Positions 1 through 13,163 of a stretch of 64,000 bases of DNA are shown piece after piece. Each line of letters opens with the position of its first letter. Within the stretch, counting starts at the first letter, position 1. The DNA comes from Epiperipatus broadwayi (Eukaryota > Animalia > Onychophora). A program made the translations under genes and the position numbers. Under the pieces are notes generated by a model. That model was not told the origin of the DNA and did not search any database. It worked only from the letters and a program-made list of their open reading frames with translations. The stretch covers positions 14,756,001 to 14,820,000 of the forward strand of contig JAQFVV010000010.1 in NCBI GenBank assembly GCA_028023455.1, read 5' to 3'.

Positions 1-313
1 GTATTATGACTGATCAGTCATCTTATCTTCATGTGTATTAATGAGATTTTAGTCATAAATAGATTATTATTGTTATGAATGACAAGGTAATTCTAATAAT
101 TTCAAGAGAAAAGATTAAGAATTTAATAAAAATGAAAAGATAATCATGAAATGAGCAGATATCATTATGCTTGTTAAATTTTTTTTCTGGAGAAAATAGA
201 GTAAACTAGAAAAGTTATAATTGTTATAGTATCCTCATTATAAAATAAAATAACAATTCATGTCAATTGTTAATACAGTTTCTTTAATATAAATAAAATA
301 ATAACAAATAATA

Positions 314-353
314 TTTCCAAGCGCTTTCAACTCTTACGAGTCCTTATCAAGGC
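314..353 (-). ncRNA. Hammerhead ribozyme motif, inverted copy (family A)
   Basis: Exact reverse complement of 1051-1090. Confidence 0.65.
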
Positions 354-660
354 AGTGTAAAAAATTTTATTTTCTCCTAGGTGATGAATTTAACATTTCA
401 TTGTATTGACCAGGAACAACTAATCGGAAAGCTGGTTAATTTAGAATTCATAGCACAAGATGAATTTTGTATAAGATATGGTTCTTTAATCTTGCGTTTT
501 TTATCATGTGTTTCATGCATTTATTGTAAAATCCTTTGGACTACATATATGGCCTGTATTATTTTAGTGAACATAAAAAGCTGAATAAACTGTATCATTT
601 TTTTTTGTTCTATTATACATATATTTATGTTGTTGAAGGCGATATTTAATATTTGTTTCT

Positions 661-1005
661 AAGGAAATAATAAATAAGGAGAATAAAAGCAGTGTTGTAT
701 ACTCTATTAGATGCCCACAAATAAATTATAATGCAATATATGTTGGAGAAACAAAAACAAATATTAAATATCGCCTTCAACAACACAAATATACGTATAA
801 TAGAGCAAGAGAAGATGATATAGTTTATTCAGCTTTTTATGTTCACCAAAATAATACAGACCATATATGTAGTCCAAAGGATTTTACAATATTAATGCAA
901 GAAACACATGATAAAAAACTCACATATCTTATACAAAATTCATCTTGTGCTATGAATTCGAAATTAACCAGCTTTCCGATTAGTTGTTCCTGGCCAATAC
1001 AATGA
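661..1005 (+). pseudogene. GIY-YIG endonuclease domain of a Penelope-like element (5'-truncated)
   Basis: Open frame KEIINKENKSSVVYSIRCPQINYNAIYVGETKTNIKYRLQQHK...SAFYVHQNNTDH matches the PLE pattern VVY.I.C...Y(V/I)GET...RL.(E/Q)H. The inverted left arm retains DKKRKIKEPYLI (conserved Glu), which is deleted in the right arm. Confidence 0.88.
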
Positions 1006-1050
1006 AATGTTAAATTCATCACCTAGGAGAAAATAATTTTTTTTTACTTT

Positions 1051-1090
1051 GCCTTGATAAGGACTCGTAAGAGTTGAAAGCGCTTGGAAA
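1051..1090 (+). ncRNA. Hammerhead ribozyme motif, U3-A8 core variant (family A)
   Basis: GCC TTGATAA G GACTC GTAA GAGTT GAAA GCGC TT GGAAA: stem II with GNRA loop and palindromic AGCGCT in helix III. Stem I is weak (CC/GG). Confidence 0.65.
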
Positions 1091-3010
1091 TATTATTTGT
1101 TATTATTTTATTTATATTAAAGAAACTCTGTATTAACAATTGACATGAATTGTTATTTTATTTTATATTTATATTATATACAGAAGTATTATTTATTTTT
1201 TTATCCTCATTATAATGATGTAATGGCTCTTTAAAGTTTAATGAGATATTAGAACAAATTACATATAATTGGTGGTAAGCAATGTCAAACCTTCACGATG
1301 AAGCTAAAATGTTATCACTTTGTCATAGTATTTCTTTGCCTAATTATTCCTCTAATACTGTGCAACATTTTTTGTGAAAATCAGGTAAATTCTCTGTAAT
1401 GTATTTTTGATTTTGTGTATTTTTATGAAAACTCTTAACTTGATAGAATAGAAAAAAAAAATGCATCCCTACTTCAAACATGTATTCAAAGTTTTTCTTG
1501 AACTACAGCAATTACTGTATATGAAGCTTCTCTACATTACTTTTTGAATAATGAAGTTTTTGTGTATTAATTTTAATATTTATCATTTCATTTAATAAAA
1601 ATAAAATAGTAATAATAATATTAACTAAAAACTATGGGTAGTTAGCACTTATTGACATATAAGCTTAAAGTACTTAGTTGTAGTAAAGTAAGTGTTGCAT
1701 AAAGATTTGAAGACAGTAACTCAATTAAGGTGTCTGTAACTTGTTTTATTTTTACCCTGATTTTATATAGTGAGGTCTGCTGCCATGAACACTTTTACAT
1801 CAAACAAATTGTTTAGAAAACACTTTTTTTTCTATAAAATAACATTAAACATGCATAATTATATAGTATAATGAACGCTGTAGCAGCAGACATTTTTATC
1901 ACATTTTGTAAAGCTTAGTTGCCAATTTAGTTTACTTATCTTTTTGTTTATATGTTAAACAGTGAAAATGCTCAATTTTTTAGATACTAAATATGAACTG
2001 GATAAATTTAGTAAAGCAAATGCTATGATAAAGATCACCATGTGGTATAACATACACTTGGAGATGTTTCAAAGGCTTTCCATTTAGTATTATGATTGAT
2101 CTTGACAACATTTCAATTTGTTTATAATAAGAAAAATTGTTTATGTTTTTTACATGCATCAGACTTTTTATGCTTTAAAAAGTTCATTTATAGTTTTCAT
2201 TAGAAAGAGGCTGTATGTTTTGCAAATTTTAAGTGTAAAGTTAAAATGGAAACTTTGCATCAAATTAAACAATTGTTTTAGGAGTATATAGCGATCAAAT
2301 GAATAGTGTTTCACCATTGCAATTGGAAGTTACACATTTGAATTTATTTACATTAACAAAAACTGTTTGTGCTTTTTATATACATAAGATTTTTTTATGC
2401 TTTTATTGTAGAAAGATTTCACTAGGGGAAAATTATTTATATTTTTCAAATTCGTAAAGTATAATAGTTAAATGAATTCATTTTTTAACTTTTATACTTA
2501 TATTTTTTATGTAGTATTATATTTTTCCAGTTTAAATATTTTTGTTGGATTATAATTTTGCTCAGGTAAAGGATGTCCAAATTATGTGGACTAATATAAT
2601 GCACATGATTTTATCTGGTCTCTAAGATTTTATTCTCCTGACATTCAAAATAAACTTTTTTTACAGAAACTAAATAATTATTTAAAATGATAAGTATTCT
2701 CAATAATTATTTTCTAAATATTGTAATATATTTCAAATTTTTAATTGAAATAGCATATAAATAAAATTAGTATCTATTGTATTATTATAAGATACAGATC
2801 AGCATTTTATTATTTTTCTTATGTAAACCAGATAATTCCAAGAAATAATTAAGACTGTTCAAAATTAATTACAAATCAGAAACATTTTAGAAAACAAATT
2901 TTCTTTTCATTACAAAATTCCTCAACTTATTTATCCAATAGCTGTGTTTTAGTTTGCTTATGCAAAATTCAAACTTTAAGTTCAAAACAAAGACTTATTT
3001 TTTTTCATAT

Positions 3011-3106
3011 GTCAAAGCATTGGCTGGGAAGCGAACCACAACAACTGTCTGCAAGCAACTGCTTGCAAGGCAACTGTGCTGACTTCTTGGCTACCAATAC
3101 TTGTCA
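3011..3106 (-). mobile_element. tRNA-Gly-derived short SINE, copy a
   Basis: Minus strand GACAA GTATTGG TAGCCAAGAAGTCAGCAC AGTTGCCTTGCAAGCAGTTG...GGTTCGCTTCC CAGCCAATGC TTTGAC; A/B-box-like motifs. Confidence 0.8.
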
Positions 3107-3319
3107 TTTATTTTTGAATCACATAAGACAAGTGTAGTATTATTCACTTTCTTGTTTACAATTTTCTTTAACTTGAATAAAATGTAATAAGATATTAAAA
3201 TCTTGTAGTTTTTATGCATATATATTTAAAATAGAATAATTTTCGAACCAAAGTGGTGGGTTTTTTTTTTTAATTGATTATTAAAATATTTAAATTTCAG
3301 CTATCCCACATGATATTTA

Positions 3320-5510
3320 AAGAAAGAAAAGAGGAAATTGAGTATCAAGAATTTAATGTAGCATAATCTTAAAGTATTTTCTAACAATAATAATAAATGT
3401 GTGAGTCTTCTTTGTAGTAAATTGTAGCCATATTTAAAGAATATATATAGAAGTTATGTTGCAATGCTGTTAATTAAAATAAATTTCAAGATGTATGGAA
3501 AGAAAAATTAGAAGAATTTTTTTTAAAATTAGCAACAACCAAATGATTAACCAAAATTTAAATTCTGTTAAAACTAGTTTACAAACTTATTAAATAATTG
3601 CTTAAGAAAGGTGTTTTACTACTGGTGAATTTGTAAAATGATTGTATTGCAGTTGTAGAAGGAGGTTCACAGAAGAAATTAAGAAATTTTTTCGTTACAA
3701 GAAGGATTGAAGAATTGACAACAATCAATTTAAATAAAGATTTAATAAATTTTTCAGTAATATTAGATAAGAATGAATGTGCAATTAAAATCGCTTAATT
3801 ACTCATTTTTATTCAAGGTGTAAATGAAAATTTGGAGGTAACAGAAGAATTATTTGCATTAAAAAATATCAATGTAATAGAAGCAATGGGTAACTTAAAT
3901 GTGATAATATGTTGGTCTATTTGTGTATTATTACTAACATTGAAAAGTTTAAACAAAGTTTACAATTTTCTATATATATTCAACATTTGCCGATAGATGA
4001 TGGAAATAGTCCAACATATCACATCTAATATACCATCATCACAAATCTTCAGGCAGATAATGGGTAACTTAAAATTGAATTATAGTCGTTATTGGCAATT
4101 ATGACAGATAGCACAAAAAATATGGTCATTATGAATACTGGGTTCATTGATTCATTTAATAAATTTCTTCATATTTAAAACATTATAAAATCTATGCATT
4201 AGCAATTGTGTGGATTTTTTAAATCCGATTAATGATTATATCTTTAATCTCAACAGTAATTTTATTTGCAAATTTGGTATGAACCATTGTCAATTCAAAT
4301 CATTTCTTGAAGAAATTGAGAATGAATACGATCATTTATTGTATCATTTCTACTTTTTGAAGGTTAAATACGGGAAATGTTTTAAAGAGATTTTTAGAAT
4401 TTAAAAATAAAATTGATATTTATATGGAAGGGGAAAAAAAACCTTTATAAGAAATATTAGATCTCACATGTGCCTGGTTTGCCTTTTTAATGGATATTTG
4501 TCAACATTTCACTAACATGAATAAGATATTTTAGAGATCTGATCAACTTAAATAATTATATTAGAATGTTAAAACTTGTGAAATAAAATTAGAGTTAATC
4601 AAAAATCATCTGATGCAATTTTTTTTTTTTGTATGTTTCATGTTGTGAAAGTCTAAATAAAAATATAGTTAATTTTAGTTTCTCTGTTAATGACTTTGTA
4701 AAAATATTAGAATACTGAAATAATCTATTTTGGAGGATTTTATTGATTTCAAAGACAACAACAATAAATTAAATTATTTCAAGATTTTTTTCATAATAAT
4801 TATTGCAGAAGTGCAAATCATATGTTGAAAATATTATATAAAAATGAAAAATTGAGTTTTATTTCTTATTACCAGAACATAACTGTCCAAAAATAAAAAA
4901 AAAGTCCAGAAAAATGTTACTTATTTTTACAAGTACATAACTTTGTGAATAAATTTATTCAGATATGAACTATATGAAATCAATAAATTGATTACATAAT
5001 GCAGATCAACAATCTATTTGACTTTTTATAAAAGGGTACTTTCCATATTAAACCTGACATTAAAAAAATCAGAAAATCCTAACAGTAGCACATTTTGCAT
5101 TAGCTTTTCTATATTTATTTAATAAAATTATGGAGTTAATAAATGAGTGTGTTCTAGGCTATGGTGGAATTATATTAGAAAATCCATTTTCTTTGGCCTG
5201 TTATTCAATAAAAAATGAGCACTAGCTCTAAAAAATATGTTTGGAGGCATTTGCTCTAGATTATAGACCTAGATTACATTACCGATAAATGTCTGTTTTA
5301 CAATGTATATTAAAATGATCAAAAACTATACTGATCAAGTTTTTGCAGCTACTTATATTTGTTGCTTTAGACACTAGTGTATTTAGTTAATATAAATTTG
5401 GTTAGCAAAGCATATTTTATAGTTCAGTTATTTTTACTGTGATTTTGCTTCATATACAAAATTCAACAACAATCTTAAATTGGTTTCATAAAATGCGCAG
5501 AGCAGTTATA
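3320..5510 (+). pseudogene. Decayed hAT transposase (GTF2IRD2/SPIN/Charlie-like)
   Basis: Collinear motifs across frameshifts: NNNKCVSLLC, VAIFKEY, FTTGEFVK, VTRRIEEL, FSVILD...LLIFIQGVNENLEVTEELFAL, IMTDSTKNMV, NFICKFGMNHCQFKSFLEEIENEYDHLLYH (ORF 4210-4404), WFAFLMDICQH, FAATYIC. Confidence 0.85.
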
Positions 5511-6017
5511 ACTTAAATATACTGCCTTCAATAGTATCATCAAGTTTTCAACTTTTTTTAAAAAAAACTCATTGTTACAACACAAGATTATCTAATTATT
5601 CTTTTAACTCTAAGCATTTTTTTTTTTCAACTTCTTTTATATCACCCTTCATGATTTACTTAGCACATCTTTCATAATTCATTTATTTCTAAGCATTTTT
5701 TTTTCAATGCCTCATATTGTTTAATGGAGTGGTGAACTCAGTAGTTGAAAGTTGCTGAATCAATTTTCATCTGAGGAAACACTAACAATGACAAAAAACT
5801 GTTTCATGTCTTGAATGGAATCGCTGTTTCAGCTTGCCATTTGAATGTTCAATTGTCACATAATCTGTGTAATTGTGTTATTTTTAAAATACATATTGTA
5901 TACATTTTCAATTTATTTTGTTTGTTCTCCGAAATCACACGTCTATTTTTTCCCCATTTTAATTGTCATGGCATCTGCTTCATTTATTTAAAATTAGACT
6001 ACAAATTGCTTATTATA

Positions 6018-6114
6018 GTCAAGCGTTGGTAGTCAAGCTGCCTTATAAGCAGTTGTCCCGGGTTTGCGGGTTCGCTTCCCGGCCGATGCTTTGAAACATG
6101 GGAGGGGGGGGAAT
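6018..6114 (+). mobile_element. tRNA-Gly-derived short SINE, copy b (internal deletion, G-rich tail)
   Basis: GTCAAGCGTTGGTAGTC...GGGTTCGCTTCCCGGCCGATGCTTTGA; TSD TTGCTTATTATA at 6006-6017 and 6115-6126. Confidence 0.85.
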
Positions 6115-7798
6115 TTGCTTATTATATTCCATATTATAAAATATTTAGTTAAAAAAAAATGCAGTTTGATCTCTAATTTGATAATAAAAATACATTTTAA
6201 ATATGAAATGATTTTAAAATTTTATAAAATATGAGACATCATATCCATTTCCTGTATAGTTTTGTCCTAATTTAATAAAACTTTATGTTACTATTCTTTT
6301 AATGACTTGATAATAGATGTATATTTCAAATAGTGATATATGGTAAAATTTAATAATTAACTATTTTTTTGCTAAATTTTCTATAATTTTGCATAATACT
6401 TTATTATATACTGCTTTCACCACAAGTGGTCTCCGACTTTCATACCTAATTAGTCCTGAAATGTTTATGAAAGTTGACATTTATGAAAATAAAGCAATAT
6501 AAACAAAACATCAAAAAGTGTTTTTAAAATATTTATTTTTTTAATGAGGTGTATTCGCATATACATAAATAACATTTATTAATTAGTTTCTGGTGTTTTC
6601 TTTATAAATTTATCAAGAGATAATTGTATTCTTCTTTTTCTTTTGTGCCTTAAAAATTCTGTAACATGCTGCCTTATTTCTATTGCTCTTGTAAGAAATA
6701 GTTGAGGACCTACTGTATATTTTTCATGTAATTTAAATAATTTTAAAATTAAATAGTACATGTTTTTTTTTTTTTAAGATCTCATATAATTTCAAGGTAT
6801 ATTTGTGACAAGATTATGGAACGTTTAAGAATCCCCAACATAGAATTAAAAAAAAATTATAGTATATTGTTTGGGTCAAGAATTTACATTTTAATTATTA
6901 AATAGCTAAGTATCTTGAAATTACCTCTTGCGGATCAAATTTATTTTAATACTTTTGATTTCATCTTGAAGTTTATCAAGATTATTTGTTTTTTAAAAAA
7001 AACCCGGCTTTTAAATAGCCCACTGCAATGCAAATATTTCTTCAGCAGCTTCTTATTGAAGAATAGTGAAGATGAAAGTATTAAATATCAGTTTTTCATA
7101 TTACTAGATGATTTGATTGATTTTCTAAATTTTATCTTCTAATCAAGAATAGATAGGTAGTTGTTTACTGACTAATATTAGATGGTTAACCTAGCCACAT
7201 GAAATAAAATATCTAAGCCTGATTGGAACCTGTAAAAATTTTAAGTTTTGATTTATTTTTGAATCCATTTAGTCAATGGTGTAGACAGATATGCTTCCAT
7301 TGAACCACAAGACCATTTTTTATTGATACAACATTGTAAATATCTTTCAGATTTATAATAAATAAGAAAAATATGTAAATACTTTTTTTCCTACTTCTAT
7401 TTAATATGGGTATAATTTTTACAAAATTTTTGAGCTATGTTTTAAATGTATTTTTGATCATCATCAGTGGTTAAATACCCTTAGTTATCTTTATCTGGTT
7501 ATGGTACATTAAGAATAAAATATATTCTTAATGTGCCATAAGAAAAGGAAAATAATTATTAATTTATAATCTTTGATGAAGATCTAATAAAGTATGATTG
7601 AAACATAGGATAGAAATTTTATAAAAATTACATGGTTCATATAAATTAAAAACAAGTTAATTATCATAGGAAGGAAGGAAAAATATTATGGCATTTTTAA
7701 TGACTGATCACTTTTGAAAAGAAATGAAAGAACGTTTTATTCATTTATTAATGGAAATTGTACAATATTAATAAGAAAAAATTATATATCTTTTTGCA

Positions 7799-7908
7799 TT
7801 TTTTTTTTTTAAGTGTCATAGCATCGGCCGGGACGCGAACCCGCAACCCGGGCAACTGCCTGCAAGTGCAAGGCAGTTGCGCTGACCTCTCGACCACCAA
7901 TGCAAGAC
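7799..7908 (-). mobile_element. tRNA-Gly-derived short SINE, copy c (young subfamily)
   Basis: GTCTT GCATTGG TGGTCGAGAGG...GGGTTCGCGTCCCGG CCGATGC TATGACACTT plus poly(A); TSD TATATCTTTTTGCA at 7785-7798 and 7909-7922; CpGs intact. Confidence 0.92.
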
Positions 7909-9263
7909 TATATCTTTTTGCAATTTGTAGCAAATATTTCTTTTACTTGCAATTTTTAGTTGTTGTTTTTTTTTTTGTAATGAGAAGTTTTAAGCAAGTC
8001 TATGATTTTTTTCAGGGAGTCCATTAAGTTATTCATCAAATTATTTGTCAATAAATGGGAATATATCTATTTTGTAGTGGTTCTAGATTAATCTTTTATA
8101 TGATGCAGTGTTCATTATTTCTGAGCCATTGATTTACTTTAAAACAATTTTAGGATTTTTTTTATTTTATTGTTACTGAATCCAATATTTTTATGGTGTG
8201 TATGTATATGGTATACTATATATTGTTTTAATTATTTGTATATATTTTATAATTGTGTGCACTTATTAGTTGTTGTTTTTTATAAAAGTTTTATCTATAG
8301 CTGTCATTAATTGCAGTCCGAATTAAAAACGTAAATAAATGCTAAAAATGTAATTATTTGAAATGTTTAATTAATTATATGTATATATGAACATTAACTA
8401 ATATGTAATTATTTTTCAAGCTTACCTAATCATTACATTTGAAAATATATAGTCAAAATACGGAGTTGTAGAATTCTGAACTGCTTATGACTCAGCCTTT
8501 AAAGATATATTGGATTAGTTAATGCTTTTAAGTATGAATCAGAATGCCAGGAGGGCTGAAAGTGTGGCCTTTATATAGCTAGATAAATAGTGAGGGGAGA
8601 GGGTGTTTACTTGTTTTTATATTGTGTTTTGAAAAATATGATATATATTTTTGTATCAAGGTAAATAAGATCAGGCCTTGAGCTAAACAATTCGGGCTTG
8701 TTTCATAATAACAGAAAATTGAACTTTATGTTAATTGTGTTTTGATTGTACAATATGAACTTATGTCAAACAGCCACATGAATCTTTAGATAGTAAGTGA
8801 AGTGATAAATTTGTCATTTGAAACTTTTTTTTCCAGCTTTTTATGTGTGTATATATATATTAGTCATACAGAGGCAATTAAAAATTTAATTCTCTCTGCT
8901 ATAAAATGATTTAAAAATAACTTTTACCTTATGACTCAAGTTACCTGAAAATATGGCATAGTGTTATCCACTAAGAGAAAGGTCAATTATTGTGTTTAAA
9001 AGTATCAGAATTCCTGATTTCATGGACATAGTTTATGGTTTACATATTGCAATTAAAAAAAGTATATTATAAATAGAAGATTTCACAATTATAAAAGGTT
9101 GCATGTTAGTTATGAGTCTAGACATCAATTTAGATGTGTGTTATGTGTAAGAAATGTAGTCTTAGAATTCTAAGTCAGCCTTTCACATTTTTCTTAAGAA
9201 AGCATATGACTTAGGTGGAATGGAATATCAGAAATAATCATTTAGGAGGTCCTTGCATGGTTC

Positions 9264-9320
9264 GGCATAATTGGTAGAGCATCTGACTTAGAACTGGAAG
9301 TTTGCAAGATCGCTTCTAGC
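9264..9320 (+). repeat. Degenerate tRNA-like sequence (second SINE head or tRNA pseudogene)
   Basis: GGCATAATTGGTAGAGCATCTGACT resembles a tRNA A-box/D-arm; the B-box is degenerate (AGATCGCTTCT). Confidence 0.4.
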
Positions 9321-10026
9321 ATTCACAGGTCTGGCTCTCAAATTTCTTATGAACTCTGAGTAATTAATCATATGCCTTTTTTTAAAATCTATTTAGGAAG
9401 TGCTTAGAAACAAGTATTGACACTTGGAGAGCTATCAAACCACTACTGAAAATACTACATGATAAATAGAACAAGTAGTCAGAGTATGTTTTTTTTTGTT
9501 GTTTACAAATGAAAATTAAAAAAAGTAATGTTTAAGGTGCTGATACAGTACGCGCTCGGTGGCCATTTTGAATTTGAAAACAACAAAAATACAATATGAG
9601 TTGTACAAAAGGAATTTTTAAAAAAATGAATGAAAGTTTGTGACAGAATGTTGAAAGCGTATAACATAATCATTTAGATCAAGCATCCACTAGAGTTTTC
9701 ACATGCCTAACAACTATCAAGTATTAAAATTTGACACATGAAGGTTTTATTTTGTGAAATTATTGTGGGAAAGAAAAAATATAAAATGAAAATAATTTTT
9801 AATGTGCTTCAATCTAAACAATATTATATTTGAAGCATTACATTTAAAATGACAAACGGGTTTTGTTTTGTGTATAAAGGACCTCAAGAAAAATAGATAA
9901 TGTAGTTAGGTGTAGTTTTTTTTTGCAAAGAAATAAAGTTAAAATAATCATTTTATGTTTATGTTTTCTCAAAATAATATTACAGGCTGCTTTACAAAAT
10001 GCTAGACAATTTTTTTTCCCCTATGT

Positions 10027-10108
10027 GTCATAGCATCAGCCGGGAAGCAAACCCACTAACCCGGGACAACTGCACCTGTCACTGACCTCTCGACCACCAA
10101 TGCTTGAC
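10027..10108 (-). mobile_element. tRNA-Gly-derived short SINE, copy d
   Basis: GTCAAGCATTGGTGGTCGAGAGGTCAG...CAGTTGTCCCGGGTTAGTGGGTTTGCTTCCCGGCTGATGCTATGAC. Confidence 0.85.
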
Positions 10109-10559
10109 AATTTTATTGAACAATAATTCTAAAAAAGACCAATTCTACAAAGTAAAAAAATCTGTTTTGACCTGAAAGCAGTGATAAATTGGAAAAATTA
10201 AGCACTACTCCTTTACTTTGTTCCTAGAATTTCATTATTCCCTTGTAAACTTCTATTTTTTAAAAAAAAAATTACTTTGTACAACTCATATCATGTTTTG
10301 TACTTCTTGTTTATTTATTTAATTAAATTTCAAAATTTTTTATCTGTTAATCAATTATAGTATCATTTCTGAAAAAAAGTATAATTTTTTTTTTTTGGTA
10401 AATTTTATTTAATATATCAAAGATTACCCTTTTTTTAAAAAAAATGTTCATTTGTGATCCCCCCCCCCCAAACTATTTGTTTCATTTATCACGGCATTTT
10501 CAGTAGTGGTTCCATATCTCCCCAAGTGTAAACAACTATAGCAAAGTGCCTCCTAAATT

Positions 10560-11990
10560 ATTACTACATCAGAAAGATATATGCTACCTTAAATTTATGC
10601 TTCAATAAAGAAATGATGATGTAGATATTCAGAATGCTTTTAAAAATTGACATAAGAGATTTTATGCTAGAATTAGAAAATGTTTGAAATATTAAAAATG
10701 TAGTGGGTAAACCATTGAAATGAAGGCAAAAATGAAAGGGAAACAGGCATAAACTTCAGAAATCTGTGGGGGGAAAGTCCTGTCTGAATTTTTTTCTGAT
10801 AAAAATTAATATAGGAAATGGATTTGGAAACTAAAGAAGAGAAAGTCTCAAAAATATAAAATGATATTTTAGTATTAGAAGAGAAATTATTTCAATAATA
10901 TGTTATTACTGATTGCAATATAAATAGCATTATGGAGTGTGTGAATGAATTCTACAAAAAAAAAAAAACAACTATTATTTATAAAGAGCAGGGAAGTTAA
11001 AATAGCCAATATTTATAATATCATTTGAAATGTTCTGTATTTTAAATAAAGAGATGAAATTTGCATTTAAATGTATGCAAAATAAAATGGCTTAGGAAAT
11101 GATGGAATTATTATAAATATTTTAAATGAAGCAAATGAAGAAATAGAGAAATTTCTAGCAAGCTATGTATTAAATATTTTAATGATAAGGACCTTTGCAA
11201 TATTGATATTTAAGAAAGATGAAAGAAGAGTAATTATAAATTATAGAACTATCAATCTTCTATTAATTTTGTATCAGACATTTAATAATATCTTTATAAA
11301 GTGTATAAGAGAACAAGACTATATTTAAAAGTAATTAAAGCATAGACATCATTTGGCATTACATTTGTAGAATAGGAAAATGATAATCATCTGCAGTGAT
11401 TATAACTTTAGAACATTGTAACATAGATCTAGGATATTATAATTAGATTATATGTGAATATATTAGTTTTCAAAACATTTTAAATAGTATAGTGTGAATG
11501 TATTAACAAATGATGCTCCAGAAATATACTAAAATTATCTGATGAAGGTAATAAACAGTACTAAAATAAAATTTATAATACAGATAGAAACAATGTACGA
11601 AATTAATCATAGAATCGAAACTTGCATGGAGTCCTTTTTGCAGAAGTAACTTGATAAAAAGGAAGTACATCTAAGTGCCTGAAAAGGGAAGATATTTAGT
11701 GAAAGTATTCTATCTTGAGAGATTGCTATTTGGATGCTTTAATAGAAGAATGCATGGTAAGATATATGTTGTGTTCGCAGAAAAGACTCGTAAGGAAAAT
11801 ATTTACACAAAATGCCATTCAGGAATGAAAAGATTGATGTGAAGCTGAGCTTGATATGTTGCTAGGAAAAATGATTTTGAATGGACAATTAAAGACCTAT
11901 ATTGAATTTCAAGAGATTATAAAAAAATTAGAAAGAAATCACATATGAATTGAATAGATTTAGGGAATTTACTGCAGTGGTGTGAAGAGA
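10560..11990 (+). mobile_element. Decayed RTE-clade LINE fragment (endonuclease end to RT)
   Basis: Residual motifs GKNER, KWIW, EEIEKFLA, YRTINLLLILYQTF; homologous to the element at 56110-58850. Confidence 0.65.
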
Positions 11991-13163
11991 AATTATGAAT
12001 CAGAAAAAGATTAAATTTAGAGATAACTTCGCCACACAGCTGATCATTAATAATGATGATGAGTTAGAAGCTGAAATATCCTAATAATCATATAATAGTC
12101 AACCCTTTTGATTTCTTTCACTGAATGCATTAAGTTTATACAAAACTTAAGGGATGGATCAGATTAAATTAAAAGCAAACCAGTTCTAAAATATATTTTT
12201 ATCTTTAGTAAGCAGGATGTAATGAAGAAAAGATAAATCCTTATAAGTATAATAGAATCATCATGAACAGTTGGATCATCAAATATGTGTACATGTGAGG
12301 AGTGTGTATGTGTATAAACACATCTAAGTATCCCTAACACTGGGAAAGTTACACAGAATCAATGATAGACATATAGCAACATTTGTAAGAAAATGTAGCC
12401 AATGTGAATACTTAAAATAAAAATCCGTGATAAATAATTATCAATTTAAGTGTATTTTAAAATTTATCTTAATTTTTTGGTCCTAGTTGATTAATTGAAT
12501 CTCTTAGTAATGAAATTATTAATAATAAAACAATTTCATGAGGCATTAATAATTATTGATTTATTAATATTTATTAAGATACTATTTTAATATTTTGATT
12601 CACATTTGTTTGTTTTTTAATTGTATTTTAATTAAAATCTTTTCTAAAATAGATTAATTGTGTTTAATAATTACTTAATTTAAATAAATTGCTCTCTCTC
12701 TCTATTAATTTTATTTTTTAAAAAGAATATTTTTAACAAATATTTTACAAGTAATTTTTTTCCAGACATTTAAATATTAATTATAAAATCATAAGCCATA
12801 AAATTTTAAATTTTTTTTACTTTGTTTTTATACCGAAGGGGAGGGGAGTAGATTTTGTGGATTTCTTTTCTCATTATCTTCTCAATTTGCTAAATTCACC
12901 ATTGCCTATGTTTTTCGATAATGCAAACATTTGCTGGATAATGTGTATTTATATGTAGATAATGATAAAAACCAATTCTTTTTATAATTGATAGTTCAAA
13001 AGATCAAGTAATATTCAAACACCTAAGTGGTAACGTATAGCAATTGTATCTGAATTGGTTAGTTGACCCCCATCAGAAAGCGAAGCATTGTTGTTGATAT
13101 ATAATAATTACCAGCTAGGTACATTTGTAGATCAGTATTTACCTTATCTATAGATACATATAT

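Larger units (their letters stand above)
244..1201. mobile_element. Penelope-like retroelement 3' end (family A), inverted head-to-head insertion with 14-bp TSD
   Basis: Arms ~244-660 and ~754-1166 are reverse complements. The right arm encodes a GIY-YIG domain followed by an HHR motif. The direct repeat TATCCTCATTATAA lies at 230-243 and 1202-1215. Confidence 0.9.

Noticed and set aside
381-584. Listed 67-aa ORF
   Set aside because: It is the antisense reading of the inverted GIY-YIG arm, not an independent gene.
1850-2360. Possible L1 endonuclease remnant on the minus strand
   Set aside because: Only two or three weak motifs with many stops; not distinguishable from chance by eye.
7748-8027. 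ORFs 7748-7933, 7758-8027 and the similar 40048-40287
   Set aside because: They are chance frames across the GC-rich SINE and its poly(A) tail.
11535-11560. Other CTGATGA/TCATCAG hits (also ~7461, ~14766, ~21923, ~43052, ~51855)
   Set aside because: No stem II-GAAA-NUH-stem I arrangement follows, so these are not hammerheads.
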